NCBI GenBank assembly: GCA_029259055.1
Contig: JAPDJP010000016.1
Coordinates: 13,019-77,018 of the forward strand
Direction of reading: 5' to 3'
Origin: Thermoplasmatota archaeon
GTDB taxonomy: Archaea; Thermoplasmatota; E2; UBA202; JdFR-43
Length of the DNA: 64,000 bases
Shown: piece after piece, positions 40,270-50,227 of the stretch
Layout: every line of letters begins with the position of its first letter
Numbering within the stretch: position 1 is the first letter of the stretch
Made by a program: the position numbers and the translations under genes
The notes under the pieces: generated by a model
Told to the model about the DNA's origin: nothing
The model's database searches: none
What the model saw: the letters and a program-made list of their open reading frames with translations, nothing else

Positions 40270-42129
40270 ATGTTTGAAATAAAAGCAAGAGATGGATTAG
40301 CAAGAATTGGTATTCTACATACTAAACATGGAAAAATAAATACTCCCGCTCTCCTACCAGTAATAAATCCTCATTTTATGCCAATTCATCCGACAGAAAT
40401 GCTTGCTATGGGAATCGAGGCCATAATAACAAATTCATATATCATATATAATGATGAAGAATTGAAGAAAAAAGCATTAGAAAAGGGGTTGCATTCCTTA
40501 CTAAATTTTAATAAGCCCATTATGACAGATTCTGGCTCATTCCAAATGTATATGTATGGAATTGAAATAGATGCTTTTGAAATAATAAATTTTCAAAGAG
40601 AAATAAAGGCTGATATAGGAACAATCTTAGACATTTTTTCTGAATATAAGGAATATGAGAAAGTAAAAGAAGAAGTAGAAGAAACAATTAAGAGGGCAAA
40701 GAAAAGCATGGAATATAAGGGAGACATGCTTTTGGCTTGTACTGTGCAGGGAGGCGTATATAAAGATTTGAGAAGATATTGTGCCAAAGAACTTGCAAAA
40801 TTGCGAGCAGATGTGTATCCAATTGGAGGCGTGGTTCCACTAATGGAAAATCAAAGATATGCTGAAATTGCTGAAATTATAATATCATCAAAAAAAGAAT
40901 TGCCCCCTTCTAAACCAATCCATTTATTTGGAGCGGGGCATCCAATTATTTTCCCGATGGCGGTGGCGCTGGGGTGCGATTTGTTCGATTCAGCATCCTA
41001 TATAAAATATGCGAAAGATGATCGCCTCATATTTCCAGATAAAACTTTAAAACTCGATGAAATTGACGAGCTCCCCTGTTGTTGTCCAGTTTGTAGTAAA
41101 TATAGCATTGATGAATTAAAAGAAATGGATGAAGAAGAAAGAATAAAAAATATTGCCTTTCACAATTTGTGGCAGATGGTTGTGGAAATAAAAAGAATAA
41201 AGCAGGCCATTAGATTTGGAAATTTATGGGAACTTGTAGAGCAGAGGGCAACAGCCCATCCATCATTGCAAGAAGCTATGGAAATAATATCTAAAGAAAA
41301 AAGATGGCTTGAGAAGTGGGAAAATATATCCAAAAAGAAAGCTTTTATTTATGTAAATAAATATTCGATGCATCGCCCCATTGTTTATAGACTGCAAAAA
41401 AGAATAATGGAAAGATATGAACCATTTTTTGATAAAAGTGTTGTATTTGCTGAAATAGAAAAACCCTATAGCAAAAATGAATGGATGAAGGAATTGAAAG
41501 CAAATTGTATAATTGAATCATATTTTGGACCAATTCCCTTAGAATTAGATGAAATCTATCCTGTTGCTCAATCTCTCTTTCCATTAAATATAGAGATGAG
41601 AGGAAGATATGATAAATTTTACAAAAATTTTAATATAGTAGATATAAGGGAGGTAGAGAGAGGTAGTAAAGATTATGATATAAGAAAAATAAAAAGCGTG
41701 GCAAATTACCAATTTGGAAAAGGAGCAGGAGAAGCTTTATTTAAAGGAAAAATAAAAATTGTTAAATCAAAGGTAACAGGAAAAATAAGAAATGTATATT
41801 GCGATGGAAAGCATATAGTTTCAATGCGTGCATCAGATGGCTTTTTTACTCTAAAAATCGAGGGAGGAAAAAGATTGCATGAACATTTTTCTCCACCTAA
41901 GTTAAGAGTTATAGTTGAAAATGATGCTATTCCATTTATAAAACAGGGAAAAAATGTTTTTGCAAAATTTGTTGTAAATGCTTGCGGACAACTCCGCCCC
42001 TATGACGAGGTTCTTATTGTTGATGAAAATGATGAGCTTATTGCGGTTGGTCAGTGCATAATGAATAAGAAAGAAATGCTAGATTTTGAAAGAGGTATTG
42101 CTGTAAAAACAAGAGAAGTTGTTAAATAG
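40270..42129 (+). CDS. tgtA: Archaeosine tRNA-guanine(15) transglycosylase with PUA domain
   Basis: TDSGSFQ, GGVVPLME, HLFGAGHP, DLFDSASY, CCCPVC Zn site, PUA tail. Confidence 0.96.
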   Translation: MFEIKARDGLARIGILHTKHGKINTPALLPVINPHFMPIHPTEMLAMGIEAIITNSYIIYNDEELKKKALEKGLHSLLNFNKPIMTDSGSFQMYMYGIEIDAFEIINFQREIKADIGTILDIFSEYKEYEKVKEEVEETIKRAKKSMEYKGDMLLACTVQGGVYKDLRRYCAKELAKLRADVYPIGGVVPLMENQRYAEIAEIIISSKKELPPSKPIHLFGAGHPIIFPMAVALGCDLFDSASYIKYAKDDRLIFPDKTLKLDEIDELPCCCPVCSKYSIDELKEMDEEERIKNIAFHNLWQMVVEIKRIKQAIRFGNLWELVEQRATAHPSLQEAMEIISKEKRWLEKWENISKKKAFIYVNKYSMHRPIVYRLQKRIMERYEPFFDKSVVFAEIEKPYSKNEWMKELKANCIIESYFGPIPLELDEIYPVAQSLFPLNIEMRGRYDKFYKNFNIVDIREVERGSKDYDIRKIKSVANYQFGKGAGEALFKGKIKIVKSKVTGKIRNVYCDGKHIVSMRASDGFFTLKIEGGKRLHEHFSPPKLRVIVENDAIPFIKQGKNVFAKFVVNACGQLRPYDEVLIVDENDELIAVGQCIMNKKEMLDFERGIAVKTREVVK

Positions 42130-42146
42130 TTTCCAATATACTATAT

Positions 42147-42257
42147 ATGAAATGTGCATACTGTAATAAGGAAATAAAAGAAGATGAAATATATAAGAAT
42201 GGAAAATATTGGCACAGAGAATGTTTTAAAAAATGGCTTAGAAAGAAAGGTTGTTAA
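42147..42257 (+). CDS. 36-aa zinc-finger microprotein (single LIM-type finger)
   Basis: MKCAYCNKEIKEDEIYKNGKYWHRECFKKWLRKKGC; C-x2-C-x16-H-x2-C; fills the intergenic gap. Confidence 0.75.
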   Translation: MKCAYCNKEIKEDEIYKNGKYWHRECFKKWLRKKGC

Positions 42258-42266
42258 ATAATTGAA

Positions 42267-43088
42267 TTAGATAATAGATAATAAAACTCTACTTCCTTCA
42301 TTATCTATGAAGCATTCATAATGTTTATATTTTGATAGAAATTTTTTCATTTCCTTGCTATATAAAGCAAAAATAGAATTTCCAAGCATCACCATAGAAG
42401 CTTTTCCTATTTTATTTGCTTCCTTTAAAATTTTTTTCATTTTTTCATTTGCTATTCCCGTTTCAATAGCAAATTTTAATGATAAATCGAAAAGATTGTC
42501 AATGGAAGGCTTTTTAATAAAATCTTTTAAACATTCGTTGCCAATTTCATTTATTTTATTTATTAATTTATCATTTTTCAATACCTTTTTTGTTTCGATT
42601 TTCTCTCCAATTATTGCAACGATCAGTTTTTCCTTACAATCTATTTTCTTAATTCTTCCCGTGATACCTGGTTCTATTCTCATTTCCATTCCGCCATAGA
42701 AAGAAGCGATTGCATCTCCCAATCCAGTTTTGTTTTTTATCTCAGCTAAATGAACAGCTTTTAAAGCTTCTTCATAAGGAATTTTTAATAAATGAGCTAT
42801 CGCCATTGTTGAAGCAAGTGAAGAAGATGCACTTATTCCAAATCCTTGAGAGGATGGCAAATCATTTTTTATTCTTATATCAAAATTTATTTCATCCCTT
42901 ACCAAATTTTTAATAGCATCTTCAGTTACTTTTCCCAATTTTTTTCCATTGCCAAAAGAAACCGTTGCATAACTTCCCAAAGATATACACAATCCCGCCC
43001 CCCTCGAACCAGTTTTATATACATCATCGGAAAAACAAACTTCAAAAAAAGCAGTAATATGGCATGGAGAAAAAGCAATTACCTTCAT
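42267..43088 (-). CDS. Pantoate kinase (GHMP family)
   Basis: P.HIT.FF, GSRGAG, QGFGISA, TGLGD; coupled to coaBC. Confidence 0.9.
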   Translation of the reverse strand: MKVIAFSPCHITAFFEVCFSDDVYKTGSRGAGLCISLGSYATVSFGNGKKLGKVTEDAIKNLVRDEINFDIRIKNDLPSSQGFGISASSSLASTMAIAHLLKIPYEEALKAVHLAEIKNKTGLGDAIASFYGGMEMRIEPGITGRIKKIDCKEKLIVAIIGEKIETKKVLKNDKLINKINEIGNECLKDFIKKPSIDNLFDLSLKFAIETGIANEKMKKILKEANKIGKASMVMLGNSIFALYSKEMKKFLSKYKHYECFIDNEGSRVLLSII

Positions 43089-44209
43089 ATTAAATCAATA
43101 ATTTCTTTAGCTATCTCCTTTTTCCTTCCCTCGATTTTCTTAATCAAGCCATCCTTATTTATAATCCATGCCTTAGCAACATCCTTTCCAATGCTTTCGA
43201 TAGTATTCCCTATTATAAAATCTATACCGTCTTCTTTTAATCTTTTCATAGATTTTTCAATAACATCCTCCTCTTTTTCTTCCAATTTAAAGCCTATAAC
43301 GATTTTTCCTAATTTTTTTAATAAAGGATTTATTCTTGGAGCGGGTCTCAATGCTAAAGAAATTTCTTTCCCAGATTTTATTTTCCCCTCTTTTTTTTCC
43401 ACTATAAAATCAGAAATAGCAGCACAATTAATGACAGCATCATATTTTGTTGAACAATTTTTAATTAAATTTATTAAATCCTTTATTCCAACAAATTTTA
43501 CAGAATTTTCATATGGAAATGATGCCCATAAAGTTACATCCATTCCTCTTTCATATGCCTCATTTACTAATGCTTTAGCCATTTTTCCTGATGAAAGATT
43601 TGTTATTCCTCTCACATCATCTATTGCCTCAAAAGTGCTTCCCCCTATTATTAAAACTTTCTTCCCTTTTTTATCTCCCCAAATTCTTATTACCTCTTTG
43701 ACTATTTTTTGAATGCTAGCCATTTTTGCTTTGTTTTCTTCTATTTTTGGTTCAATAATTTTTATTCCATGCCTTTTGCATTTTTCTAAATTTTCCTGAA
43801 TAATCTTATTTTTATACATTGATAAATGCATAGAGGGGGCGATTGCGATTTTTTTAGCGGTAAGAGCAAAAGTTGTAACAACATTATCTGCTATCCCCAT
43901 CGAAATTTTAGATATGGTATTTGCTGTACAGGGGGCGATTAAAAGCAGATCATATTCATGTACATGTTCCACCTTTCCAGATAATTCCGTAATGACTTCA
44001 TTTCCAGTTGCAAATTCCATTGCCATTGGATTTAATATTCTGCAGGCTTCCTTGCTCATTATTGCCGTGACGCTGGCGCCGTGCCTTATTAATTCTCTCG
44101 CGAGTTTAACACATTCGACACAGGCAATTCCTCCTGTTAGAGCTAAAACAATTTTTTTATTTCTTAATTTTTTAGATTTGGTTTCTTTAATAAGATGGCT
44201 CGGATGCAC
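43085..44209 (-). CDS. coaBC: PPC decarboxylase / PPC synthetase
   Basis: APCTANT, PSMH..MY, E.IDDVRGITN.SSGKM, AAISDF, GFKLE. Confidence 0.93.
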   Translation of the reverse strand: MHPSHLIKETKSKKLRNKKIVLALTGGIACVECVKLARELIRHGASVTAIMSKEACRILNPMAMEFATGNEVITELSGKVEHVHEYDLLLIAPCTANTISKISMGIADNVVTTFALTAKKIAIAPSMHLSMYKNKIIQENLEKCKRHGIKIIEPKIEENKAKMASIQKIVKEVIRIWGDKKGKKVLIIGGSTFEAIDDVRGITNLSSGKMAKALVNEAYERGMDVTLWASFPYENSVKFVGIKDLINLIKNCSTKYDAVINCAAISDFIVEKKEGKIKSGKEISLALRPAPRINPLLKKLGKIVIGFKLEEKEEDVIEKSMKRLKEDGIDFIIGNTIESIGKDVAKAWIINKDGLIKKIEGRKKEIAKEIIDLI

Positions 44210-44241
44210 GTTATAAATAAAAAAGTTATTTAATTATTTAC

Positions 44242-45024
44242 CTATAAAGAGATAACATCATATTCTATTTCCTTGATAGCATTTTCATTGTATTCCTCGA
44301 TTTTTTTAATTGCCATTCTTGCTTCATCTTTGCTTCCAATAAGCAAAATATTTAGACCTTTTTGAGAAGCCTCTATAGAAGCATTTATTACATCGTATTC
44401 AATATCATATTTTACTCCCAATTTTTCTAAAGAAATTTTTCCTATGATATCAAGAATACCGATTTTATCAATTTTTTTTATTTTTTTGTCCATTTCCTGT
44501 TTCAAATTTTTAATATTTATTGCCTTACTCCCCCCCTCCAAGACGGAGGGAAGAGAAAAAATATAGATTTTCCCTAAATTTAATGGTATGATTCCCCTTA
44601 TATTTGTTATTGCGATATCTTCCCCCTTTTTTGCATTTTCTATTGCTGTTGCAAAAGCTGTTGACTCCCTTTTTTTGCATGCATATAAATAACCATTTTT
44701 CATAAATAGATAAACTCTCTCTCCTTTTTTTATATCATCGTCGGCAATTGCTGAGCAATACTTTATCATATTGAGTTTCTTCTTTTTTTCTTCCAAATAT
44801 TTATCAATTTGATTTATGTAAGAAAAAATTTTATCTATACCTTTCATGGTAGCTTTATATTTTCCCCCAACAATTTCGATTAGATTTTCTTCTTTCATTT
44901 TCTTTAAATATTCTGATACACCTTGTTTTGTTATGCCAACTTTTTCTGCTATCTGCGTTATACTATAATAATCTCCAGTGGCGATTTCCAAAAGAATAAC
45001 AAATTTTTTCGACAATATTTCCAT
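44242..45024 (-). CDS. Winged-helix transcriptional regulator
   Basis: IAEKVGITKQGVSEYLK HTH; AIA..DI..GE.V.L.M..G.L C-terminal domain. Confidence 0.8.
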   Translation of the reverse strand: MEILSKKFVILLEIATGDYYSITQIAEKVGITKQGVSEYLKKMKEENLIEIVGGKYKATMKGIDKIFSYINQIDKYLEEKKKKLNMIKYCSAIADDDIKKGERVYLFMKNGYLYACKKRESTAFATAIENAKKGEDIAITNIRGIIPLNLGKIYIFSLPSVLEGGSKAINIKNLKQEMDKKIKKIDKIGILDIIGKISLEKLGVKYDIEYDVINASIEASQKGLNILLIGSKDEARMAIKKIEEYNENAIKEIEYDVISL

Positions 45025-45089
45025 ATTCCTAATGTTCCTATTGAATTTTAAATTTTTAGTTTGTTATTTGGGGTTAATACAATTAGCCT

Positions 45090-45648
45090 TTTATATAAAA
45101 GCTAACCATTTTTGGCATAACTCGTTATTAAAAATATCAAAAATGGATATATGGTATCCCTTCCAAAATTTGGAGGGGATATCACGTCATGGGATGAAAT
45201 AGAAATAGAAAAGACAATAAAAAGTAATCGGAATTTTTTGGATAAAGAAATCGGAAGAAAATCTATTTATAGAAGAAATAAATGATGATGAAGGACATTA
45301 TATGGAATATCATTTGAAAAAGCTGAATCGACCGTCCATTGATTACAAACTCAAATTCCTGTATAATAGGCAGGAATATGAAATTGTGGGAGCATATTAC
45401 AGGAATAAAAGAATGAAAGAATAGGAGGAAAATAAAGAAAGGTATATTGGGAAAATGAGAAATATAAATGAAGGATTTAATTCATGTTTAAAACAACATG
45501 CAGGTTTGAATCAAATTTACCAAGAAAAGGAATGAAAATCACGTTCTTCCATACAACTTTAGGTCTTTTTTCGTTAAACATGGTTGCATTAACGAGATTA
45601 CAAAATGGTATAACTGAAAATCTTGTTAGTGTCGCATATTTAACCTAA
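45090..45648 (+). pseudogene. Degraded DDE transposase remnant (C-terminal part)
   Basis: Broken frames give YEIVGAYYRN, RNINEGFNSCLK (R..E..N..K motif) and VALTRLQNGITENL; multiple stops and frameshifts. Confidence 0.55.
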
Positions 45649-45805
45649 TTTTTCACAATTATAGGTTAAAATTCATGAATTAATTAGAATGGAGAAAAGA
45701 TAATTTATTTTACCTTGCAATTTGATGCAACTTTTTTATTTTAGGATTCAGAAAAATGCAGTTTTTTTATTCAAAATTGTTATTACAATCAGCAATAACA
45801 ACAAA

Positions 45806-45929
45806 ATACAGATTTAAAAACGGTAAATCTGTATCTGCCTAACCAAACTTAACAAAGTTATAAATACAACGTTTGCATAATATATATTGAGAAGAGTTGT
45901 CTTGCGCCAAACAGGGCTTCTTTTCTCAA
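45806..45929 (+). promoter_or_regulatory. Perfect 11-bp inverted repeat, TATA box and 5'-UTR hairpin upstream of the 924-aa gene
   Basis: ATACAGATTTA-N7-TAAATCTGTAT (45806-45834); TTATAAATA (45858-45866); TTGAGAAGAG...CTTTTCTCAA (45887-45929). Confidence 0.65.
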
Positions 45930-45947
45930 AATAATGGAGGAGAGTAA

Positions 45948-48722
45948 ATGTGGAAAAAAGGATTATGTTTAGTAGTAGTAATGCTATTTGTTAGCACTGC
46001 TGTTGGAGTTGCAATAAATAAAATGGGTGCTTCAACAGATATTACAGTAGAAAATAATCCAACAACAGCTTTTAGCAATATAGCAATAGAAATAATTAAA
46101 CCAAAAAGCGGCTATCTTTACATTTACGATAAAGAGGTTTTCCCTTTAATTTTTATGACAGTTATTATTGGCTCCGTAACTGTTGAAGCAAATGTAGAAA
46201 GTGATAATGAGATAGATAAGGTAGAATTTTATATTGATAATGAGCTAAATTATGTAGATTATGAAGCATATTATTCATGGGAATGGGTTGAGTCTGCTCA
46301 TTTAAGACACGAAATAAAAGTTATTGCATACGATATTGAAGGAAATACAGCATATGATTCTATATCTGTATATATTTTTAATAAGGGAACCTTGCCTAAG
46401 GAAATAACTAAGGACGATGCTATGGAAATATTAATGGGGAGAATAATAAAGCCAGCCTCTTCAGATGATAGATTATCAGCATTTATGTTGTCTAAACCAT
46501 TACAAAAAGGAGATGTTATTACTGTGGAAAGTGGGGAAAATTATGAAATTAATAAAACAACATGGTTTGTTTTTATAGATGATGATCCGCAAGCTTTTTT
46601 TGCTCATTCTACAAGATTTGTTTTAATAGATGCCAAAACCGCCTCATATAACATTATAAATGAAGTATGGCCACCTACAATAAATAATCTTTCAATGTGG
46701 GATATGGATAACCTTATTGAAATATATTGCGTTTTAAATAGCTCCTTACCTTTATCTGAAAACTATACAGTAGCCCCTTACGGCGATTATGGAGATGCTC
46801 CTGATGGGCAGCTTGCTTATTATGGTATAGATGGAGAATTTCCAACATTATACAATACAAAAAATAGTAAATTCAACCGCACTGGTGCACATGCTCTCCA
46901 TACTGGTTACGAAATTATTGGGAGTACAGTAAGTGTTGAAAGAGGAGCAAATGATATGAACGATGTTGATGGGATTCCAAATTTAGTTGATTCAGACAAA
47001 GATGATAGATTGTTTATAATTCTGGAAAATAAAAATGCAAAAATTGCTTTTTCAGTTTCAGTCAGTGAAAATGCTCCAGATATTACTCGTTATGTGAATG
47101 TGCTAATTGATTTAGATCAAAATGGAAAATGGGAAAAAGGTAGTAACGGTAAGGAGTGGGTAATAATAAATGAGGAAATAAATGTTAGCCCCGGAACAAG
47201 TAAAACAATTATAATACCTTTCAGCTGGGGAAATGTTCTTACTTCTCCAGTATGGATGAGAATTGCATTAACACGGGAAAGAATAAATGAAACACTATTT
47301 GGTGAGGATGGATGGGACGGAAGCGGAGAATTTGAGTATGGAGAAATTGAGGATCATTTAGTTTTTCTAATGGGCAATCCGCCCTTGCCACATTTTGCAG
47401 GCTGGTGGCCTCCTTGGCCTAACAACCCGCCAGGTGGCCAGCCCCCAGGCCCTAATCCTCCAGCACCTCAGCCTCCAGGCGGAGACGACTGTCCATGTGG
47501 AATTACAAAGAACTACTATCAAATTAGAATTAATTGTGGGGACAAAAAGAAGCATATTGCTCAGGGAAAACAAATTGTCAAATCGTCTGTGGATAGAATG
47601 AAAAAACTTTGTGATGATGATCCGCGTTATGTGGATGCTAGCTCTGTTGAACCATTAAAGTCGGGTCAAACTAAAAAAGATTTTATAAATGCGATTCAGA
47701 AATTACTTAATAAATTAAAGGATAAGGTGAAATGTTGTGATGAAATTATAATTTATATTTGTGGTCATGGGCATGAAAAGAGTAAAAATTATCCAAATGG
47801 TGGTATACAGTTGTATAACAATAATGGAGGCAAAATAACTGAAAATGGTAAAGGCGCAGTAATAACAAAAAATGACTTAATGGGAATGATAAAATCAACA
47901 ATTCCTCCATGTACTGAAGAAGGGGGACCTCTTGGAAATTGTGATGAGGAAGGAACATGTTGCCACATTAAAATCATAATAGAATCATGCCATGCGGGCA
48001 ATTTTAAAGGTGCATGTAGTCAAGGAATGACTGTTATAGGTACTTCAGATGATTCTCCTTCGCATGCAAATTGTAGAGGAGGAGTTTATACAAATGGTTT
48101 TATAGATGCAAGGAGGGATAAAAACGCAGATAAAAATGGGGATGGAAAAGTGGATGCTGATGAAGCCGATGAAGCTGCAAAGGATGATGTGGAAAAATTT
48201 AATAAGAAATGTGGCAAAAACCAAAAACCATGGAAGGAATCGCAAGAATGCGATTGTAAATGTCCATGCGAACCCAGTGTAGATGGTGATAAATGGGTTT
48301 GGGATGAAGAATCTGGAGAATGGGTAGATGAAATATATGCATATCTAGGACAACCTATTTGGTTTGCTTGTCAAATTGTAAATGATGGGGAATGCAGAAA
48401 TGTTACAGATATTTTAATGATTGATTGGTTGCCCTATGGTTTACAGTATGGGGATGAGGCAATTTTATACATCAATGGTCAGGAAATGGGTCCCAGAGAA
48501 CCAGATGATATTGTTGAGGGACCAGATTCTCTCAAATTAACATGGAATCTCGATGAAATTGGTGAGATTTCTCCCGAAGAATATGTAACAATAATATTTA
48601 GTGCCATTGTAGAATATCCAGGGGAATTTACGAATTTGTTATATGTATCTGCTCATTGTACTTGTGATCCAAGCATTGTTGTGAGTGATGAGGATGTGGC
48701 AACTGTCAATGCAATAGAATAA
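45948..48722 (+). CDS. Secreted multidomain protein: Ig-like, GEVED, Pro linker, clan CD (caspase/legumain-like) peptidase, EF-hand-like loop, DUF11-like tail
   Basis: Signal peptide; DYGDAPD..GEIEDH; IYICGHG and IIIESCHAG His-Cys dyad; DKNGDGKVDADE. Confidence 0.75.
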   Translation: MWKKGLCLVVVMLFVSTAVGVAINKMGASTDITVENNPTTAFSNIAIEIIKPKSGYLYIYDKEVFPLIFMTVIIGSVTVEANVESDNEIDKVEFYIDNELNYVDYEAYYSWEWVESAHLRHEIKVIAYDIEGNTAYDSISVYIFNKGTLPKEITKDDAMEILMGRIIKPASSDDRLSAFMLSKPLQKGDVITVESGENYEINKTTWFVFIDDDPQAFFAHSTRFVLIDAKTASYNIINEVWPPTINNLSMWDMDNLIEIYCVLNSSLPLSENYTVAPYGDYGDAPDGQLAYYGIDGEFPTLYNTKNSKFNRTGAHALHTGYEIIGSTVSVERGANDMNDVDGIPNLVDSDKDDRLFIILENKNAKIAFSVSVSENAPDITRYVNVLIDLDQNGKWEKGSNGKEWVIINEEINVSPGTSKTIIIPFSWGNVLTSPVWMRIALTRERINETLFGEDGWDGSGEFEYGEIEDHLVFLMGNPPLPHFAGWWPPWPNNPPGGQPPGPNPPAPQPPGGDDCPCGITKNYYQIRINCGDKKKHIAQGKQIVKSSVDRMKKLCDDDPRYVDASSVEPLKSGQTKKDFINAIQKLLNKLKDKVKCCDEIIIYICGHGHEKSKNYPNGGIQLYNNNGGKITENGKGAVITKNDLMGMIKSTIPPCTEEGGPLGNCDEEGTCCHIKIIIESCHAGNFKGACSQGMTVIGTSDDSPSHANCRGGVYTNGFIDARRDKNADKNGDGKVDADEADEAAKDDVEKFNKKCGKNQKPWKESQECDCKCPCEPSVDGDKWVWDEESGEWVDEIYAYLGQPIWFACQIVNDGECRNVTDILMIDWLPYGLQYGDEAILYINGQEMGPREPDDIVEGPDSLKLTWNLDEIGEISPEEYVTIIFSAIVEYPGEFTNLLYVSAHCTCDPSIVVSDEDVATVNAIE

Positions 48723-48989
48723 GAAAATAAAGTATCAAAAAATGACTACCCTATATCCAGATATGTTTGCAATTATTTCTTTTCTCTCTTCAATTTCTTC
48801 GATCTTCCACTAATTCCCCCAAGGTTAAAGGAAAATCTATTTAACTTCCTGAAAAATTTATTATTGGCCCTTGGTTGTTTGTCCTCTCCCATAAAATTGG
48901 GACAACCCCAAGGCTTATTTCCTTCTATTTTTACTTGCGGAGATACTGCATTAACCACCATGCTTATATATTACTACTATATTCAATTT

Positions 48990-49005
48990 GCCTATGATAG
49001 GAGGC
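48990..49005 (+). promoter_or_regulatory. Kink-loop overlapping the SD of rpl7ae
   Basis: GCC-UAU-GA-UAG-GA-GGC: C-stem, 3-nt bulge, tandem GA/AG pairs; includes GGAGG. Confidence 0.6.
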
Positions 49006-49012
49006 GATAAAA

Positions 49013-49378
49013 ATGCCAATATACGTAAGATTTGAAATGCCAGAGGATTTGGTTGGCAAGGTATATGAAGCTGTAGAAAAAGCGAGGGAAAGCGGTAAAA
49101 TAAAGAAGGGAACAAACGAAACAACAAAAGCCGTTGAAAGAGGAGAAGCAAAACTTGTTATTATGGCAATGGATGTATCTCCAGAAGAAATATTAGCTCA
49201 CATGCCTTATCTATGTGAGGAAAAAGGGGTTGCCTATGCTTATGTACCATCAAAAGAGGAGCTAGGAAGAGCTGCTGGATTAGAAGTGGCTGCTGCATCT
49301 GTTGCAATTATTGAAGAAGGAGATGCAAAAGAACTTGTTGAAGAAATTATTAAAAAGGTGAATGAAATAAAGGGATAA
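49013..49378 (+). CDS. rpl7ae: 50S ribosomal protein L7Ae
   Basis: [31 protein letters not shown]. Confidence 0.97.
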   Translation: MPIYVRFEMPEDLVGKVYEAVEKARESGKIKKGTNETTKAVERGEAKLVIMAMDVSPEEILAHMPYLCEEKGVAYAYVPSKEELGRAAGLEVAAASVAIIEEGDAKELVEEIIKKVNEIKG

Positions 49379-49379
49379 G

Positions 49380-49589
49380 ATGACAGATGAAGGCATCCCA
49401 GCGGAAGTTGTAGAAATAATAGGAAGAACAGGAATGTGTGGAGAAGTAATACAAGTTAGGGTTAAAATTTTGGAGGGAAAAGATAAAAATAGAGTTATAA
49501 CGAGAAATGTAATGGGTCCCGTCAGGAAAGGAGATGTTTTAATGCTAAGAGAAGCAGAAAGAGAAGCAAAGAAATTGAGCGTTAAGTAG
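49380..49589 (+). CDS. rps28e: 30S ribosomal protein S28e
   Basis: [28 protein letters not shown]. Confidence 0.97.
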   Translation: MTDEGIPAEVVEIIGRTGMCGEVIQVRVKILEGKDKNRVITRNVMGPVRKGDVLMLREAEREAKKLSVK

Positions 49590-49597
49590 GTGTAAAA

Positions 49598-49777
49598 ATG
49601 GCAAAAAAATGCACTTTTTGTGGAAATGAGATTGAACCTGGCACAGGATTGATGTATGTTAAGAAAGATGGGACAATCTTTTATTTCTGTTCAGGAAAAT
49701 GCAGAAAAAATATGCTTAAATTAGGAAGAGACCCAAAAAAATTCAAATGGACAAAATTCTATAGGAAGGGGACATAA
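49598..49777 (+). CDS. rpl24e: 50S ribosomal protein L24e (absent from the ORF track)
   Basis: [37 protein letters not shown]. Confidence 0.96.
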   Translation: MAKKCTFCGNEIEPGTGLMYVKKDGTIFYFCSGKCRKNMLKLGRDPKKFKWTKFYRKGT

Positions 49778-50227
49778 ATGGAAAGAACCTTTGTTATGAT
49801 CAAGCCAGATGGTGTGCAACGTCGCCTAATTGGTAAAATTCTACAGAGATTTGAAGAAGCTGGTTTAAAAATTGTTGCAATGAAATTTTTGAAAGTTACT
49901 CAAGAACTGGCAGAAAAACATTATGAAATTCATAAAGGAAAACCATTTTATGAAAGCTTGATAAAATATATCACATCAGGCCCGGTTTTAGCAATGGTTA
50001 TAGAAGGACAAAATGCAATAGAAAGAATAAGAAAAATGGTGGGCGCAACAGACCCGCAAAAAGCAATGCCAGGCACTATAAGAGGCGATTTTTGCCAGCA
50101 TATAGGAAGAAATATTATTCATGCTAGTGATGCAAAAGAAACTGCCGAAAAAGAGATAAATTTATGGTTCAATAAGGATGAAATAATAGATTATAAAATG
50201 GATGATGAAAAATGGTTATATGAATGA
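49778..50227 (+). CDS. ndk: Nucleoside diphosphate kinase
   Basis: ERTFVMIKPDGVQR, PGTIRGD, NIIHASD. Confidence 0.97.
   Translation: MERTFVMIKPDGVQRRLIGKILQRFEEAGLKIVAMKFLKVTQELAEKHYEIHKGKPFYESLIKYITSGPVLAMVIEGQNAIERIRKMVGATDPQKAMPGTIRGDFCQHIGRNIIHASDAKETAEKEINLWFNKDEIIDYKMDDEKWLYE

Noticed and set aside
42846-43712. 288-aa plus-strand ORF and the many other short antisense ORFs in the track
   Set aside because: Shadow frames of well-supported genes, with F/S/I-rich composition typical of antisense to A-rich codons
48735-48960. RNase P or SRP RNA
   Set aside because: GGAAGUU and AAACAUA on the minus strand superficially recall RNase P CR-I and CR-V, but there is no P4/P1 complementarity and the spacing is too short; no SRP helix-8 motif
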